DNA of 64,000 bases, taken from positions 90,254,515 to 90,318,514 of the forward strand of contig NC_057719.1 of the NCBI RefSeq assembly GCF_004010195.1, written 5' to 3'. Shown here in pieces: positions 59,996 to 64,000 of this stretch. The position numbers and the translations under genes are program-made. Position 1 is the stretch's first letter. Every line of letters starts with the position of its first letter. Under the pieces are notes generated by a model. The model worked only from the letters and a program-made list of their open reading frames with translations, did not search any database and was not told where the DNA came from. The DNA comes from Chiloscyllium plagiosum. Taxonomy: Eukaryota.

Positions 59996-61126
59996 TACAC
60001 TTTGATAAAGGCCTAACTCTAGATGGCCTTTGGCCCATATCCCTTAATATCGTTTCTTAACAAAAATTTACCTATCGAAGATTTAAAATTAACTGCTATT
60101 TGTGAATGGGAGTTCCAAACTTCTGCCACAGCGTGTGTAGAAGTACTTGCTAGCATCTCTCCTGCATGGCCTAGTCCTACTTCTTAGATTATGTCAAAAG
60201 TTCTGCCTAAGTCAATCAGAGAAAATCTTCAGGTTTTTTTTCTAGTTTGTTCTGTTTTAGCAAAAGCCAAAAACTGCTGGGGATCTAGAGAAGCAGCTAC
60301 AGTAAAAAGAGTTTCCATATTTCAACAGAGTTCTTGCCTGAACTTTCTCTGTGAAATCTCTCCTGCTTGTAAGAACCTGTGTTTGAATTCATACCATTTG
60401 CCAAGGAGTGTGTGTTTATGGAATGCTGCAGGGATTGGAGCAGCTTCATTAAGTTGCGAATTTGAGTCTGTTGGGTTTTCAAATAGTTAAGTTATTCTAA
60501 ATTCTGTTTTCTTTTATTCATGTTTCATTCGTAGTGTTTGAATAAATCCTATTTTGTTTAAATCTGAATGGATTAACGAGCTGCATCACTCCTGGAATAT
60601 CCACTCTACATTTGCCTAAGAAAAAAAAAATTAAGGTCTGGGCTGCCTTCTTAAAACATTTTGAGGGGATCTGGCCTGGTCCATAACAATATTGAGGATA
60701 AAGGAATACTAAAAAAAAATTGTTTTTGTCTCAGTTTTAACAGACGCATTTTAATACATTATCCTTAACAGCTCATAGGGAAAACTTGCCAAGGTACGTT
60801 CTCTTCTACATGTATTTAAAGGATTTAAATACTCTACTTATTGAGCTTAGACACTTCCCCCAAAACGTTAGCACATGCATGGTTTTAAGAAACATTTGCA
60901 AGAAACAGAAGAAAATACCTCACACAATTCAGTCCAATTTGCAGCAAACAATTCCAGACCAGTGAAAAATAAGCTGTAAACCATTTGGACTCAAAAAGCT
61001 TATCTTGAAGTACAGTTTTATGAAATTTTAGCCAATAATTTTAACAGTGAAAATTACTGTCCAATACTTAAATGTAGTGGTGTAACTCCTTAACATATCA
61101 ACATAAGTCCAGGTATTTAAACTTAC

Positions 61127-61159
61127 TTTTCCAAACAGGGCTTTGAAGAACTTCCTTTC
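61127..61159 (-). CDS. NUMB: NUMB alternative PTB-insert exon (ERKFFKALFGK), 33 nt
   Basis: Reverse complement reads ctccag|GAA AGG AAG TTC TTC AAA GCC CTG TTT GGA AAA|gtaagt. It matches the mammalian 11-aa PTB insert ERKFFKGFFGK. Phase 0-0. Confidence 0.95.
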
Positions 61160-62619
61160 CTGGAGTGACAGGGGGAACAAGTCAGGAGACTATTACTGCA
61201 GGAAGCTACAAATACTGCAAAAGTTTCAAACCAAAGCACAAAAAATAGGCCAGAGAAGGTCTCCGAAAAGGATGTAAAGAAACAAACGTGAAGATCGCCC
61301 ATGACAATGCAGTACATTACATGGGTTTACAGTAAGCTATAAGCCACCAGTGTGATTGAGCAGTGGATAGAGATATCCAGAGGCCTGCCACATGCAGAGG
61401 TTCTAGTTACATTCCATTTCAGAAGAGAGCTCAGTTCAGTTCACATTGGCAGCAGCAGGTTTAGCAGCAATGAGACATTCTGCATCAGAGGTACACGGAC
61501 CAAAGCAAAGCTATAGTTAACACTGTTATACTTAAATTTAGTAACACAAATCGCAAAACATGTAAACTTCAAGGTACCTTCAATATTTTCTGATGTTTTA
61601 TTTTAATTAAATGCATACGGAATTGAAATATAATGAAGAACAAGGTCACCTCAAACAGGATATGGTATGACCTTGCCAGCATTACAAATTATAGATAATG
61701 TCCCACAGGTATGGCTGAAATCAATGTAATGGTAATACAAAGTTGAAAACAATAACAGGTGAAATGAAATGGGTGCTGCTGCCAAGTCATATGATCCTAA
61801 AACAGATTTATTAGGCATTAATGTAGATGAATCATCCTTATTGAAGAAACTAAGTTAGCTGAGAAATTTCAAAATAGCTAAATCATGCCCAAGTGGGGAT
61901 ATTAATAATTAATACAGTTTATTTTGAGGGGATGTTGTCTAGTGACATTAGTATCAGACATGCAGGATTATAACTACAGAGTGCTACAAGAAGGCAAGTG
62001 CATTAAAAATGTTTCTTATACCTGCTGAAACAAAAACAAACATTTTACATCACAATATAGAAATTTTAATTAATAACGAAAAACACAAGTACATAAATTC
62101 TACTATAGGAATTTTTTTAAAAGTTTTTTTATTTGTATATGATAGCACAAAATGACTCAAGGCACAGTACACTACTTTAGGCCCTGAGCCCCACAGATGG
62201 AGACACTAAAAAGTGTTTGGCATGCATAGAGCATTCTGGTCCCAGCCCAGATATCCCAAGCAGAAACCCATCATTGTCTACATGGACTGATGACAAGCAG
62301 CAAAGGTGGGACAGCAACCATAGGAAACAATCAAAAGCCTAATTCTAGATGGAAGTACAACCAGGAAACTGTGCATTCACAGGACCTGAAGGAGGAACAT
62401 CATTAATTCCACAAAATCTTTAAAAAGGTACAAAGAAATTGCATTTTTCGGAAGGTTGGCCTCTTGCTTCATTCTGAACAGATAACTTATTTTACTTGCT
62501 CAGTTTCTAGAAATAAAGTTAGTGGAGATAAATTAATGATGTTATTCAAATGAACATTTAGTCTGTAAAGCCTATTGAGCTCTAAAATTACATTTCATAG
62601 TTAAAACATGGAAGATAAA

Positions 62620-64000
62620 AAGAGCATAAAAGTGTTTTAAGTCCCCAGGGCCTGATGGTATCTACCTCAGGTTCTTGACAGAGCCAAGAGAGAAGATTGC
62701 TCGGGGCCTTGACCGAGATCTAGACTCCAATCATCTGGGCTTGAAATACTAGCTTGCTCTGTCTCCGAGGATGCTGCCTGACTGGTTGTGATAGCCAGCA
62801 TTTGTTATTTTCACCTTTGTATTCTCGCCAGTCACTGATCAAGAAAGGAAATAGGTCTAATCCTGGAGACTAGGAGAAAGTGAGGACTGCAGATGCTCAA
62901 GATCAGAGCTTAAAAATGTGTTGCTGGAAAAGCACAGCAGGTTAGGCAGTATCAAAGGAACAGGAGAATCGACAGGAAACCTGAAGAAGGGCTTATGCCC
63001 GAAATGTCGATTCTCCTGTTCCTTTGATGTTGCCTGACTTGCTGTGCTTTTCCAGCAACACATTTTTAAGCTCTAATCCAGGAAACAGTAAACCAAGTGA
63101 GTCTCTCAGTTATGGTTGGAAAGCTACTGTACAGAATTCTCAGGGGTAGGATTTACGTGCATTTAGAAAAGCATGGCCTAATTAGGGGCAGTCAGCGTGG
63201 CTTTGTGCAGGTCAGGTCATATTTTATAACATGATTTAATTTTTCGAAGAGATGACAAAGGTGGTCAAATGAGGCCACAGCAGTGAATGTTGTCTACATG
63301 GATTTTAGTAAGGCTTTCAACAAGAACCCTCATGGTAGGCTCATCCAGAAGATTAAGATGCACGGGGTCCATAGTGGTTTGGCCATGTGGATTCAGAATT
63401 GGCTTGCTCATAGAAGGCAGAGGGTAGTGGTGGAAGAGTGTTTTTTTTGGGCTGGAGGTCTGTGACTAGTGGTGTTCTGCAAGGATCCATACTGAGATCC
63501 CTGTTGTTTGGGAGATATGTAAATGAGTTGGATGAAATTATACATTAGTGGGCCAGTACGTTTGCAGACAAAACAAAGATTGGTAGAGTTGTGGAGTGTG
63601 TAAAAGGTTGTCAAAGGATACAGTGGGATGTAGATCAGGTGCAGATTTGGGCACAGAAAAAGCAGATGGAGCTTAAGCTGGGTAAATGTGAGGTGTTGCA
63701 CTTTGGGCATTCAAATGTTAAGGAAAAGTATACAGTTAATGATAGGTTTCTGAACAGCATTGATGTTGGGGATCTTGGGATTGAAGTCCATAGCGCCGTG
63801 AAAGTGGCCACACAAGCACATAGGGTGGTAAAGAATACATCTGCCGGTAAAGAATACATACGGCATGCTTGCCTTTCTTGGTCAGGGAGTGGAGTACAAG
63901 AATTAGGATGTCATGTTGCAGCTTTATAAGACTTTGGTGAGACCAAACTTCGAGTACTATATTCACTTCTGGTTGCCACATTACAGGAAGGATGTGGAGA
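62620..64000 (+). mobile_element. CR1-type LINE RT region with nested Penelope ends
   Basis: KSPGPDGIY, YMDFSKAFNK, WIQNWLAHRRQRVVV and KCEVLHFG motifs. Confidence 0.9.
62871..63071. mobile_element. Penelope-derived palindrome, family A
   Basis: TSD tctaatcc(t/a)gga(g/a)ac at 62856-62870 and 63072-63086. ctgaagaagggcttatgcccgaaatgtc at 62981-63008. Confidence 0.83.

Overview
This is vertebrate genomic DNA with no prokaryotic signal. The repeat content (HE1-type SINEs with CR1/HER1-type LINEs) indicates a shark or ray; this is inference from repeat families. The only host gene is NUMB on the minus strand. Eight coding exons with canonical GT-AG borders splice into one open frame of 1731 nt including the stop, from the 11-aa PTB insert to the C-terminal ...NPFSSDLQKTFEIEL. 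The first coding exons lie beyond position 64000. Both classic alternative exons are present: the 33-nt PTB insert and the 144-nt PRR insert. The introns are dense with nested retroelements: CR1-clade LINEs, tRNA-derived SINEs, a young L1 3' end with a 14-bp TSD, LTR relics, a Rex1/Babar fragment, a 100-bp TA-flanked MITE, and many Penelope-like fragments and palindromes carrying minimal hammerhead-ribozyme motifs. The most unusual structures are: (1) six variably 5'-truncated, A-tailed copies of one retroelement 3' end stacked at the same ~13-bp site at the TATA box of an LTR-like element (58851-59612), suggesting a sequence-specific retroelement that targets another transposon; (2) at least three families of hammerhead-bearing Penelope palindromes with TSDs; (3) a diverged duplicate of the NUMB 3'UTR downstream of the gene; (4) local templated copies that carry host intron DNA. 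Exon and TSD coordinates were counted base by base. Repeat boundaries are approximate, and family names were assigned by eye without database searches.
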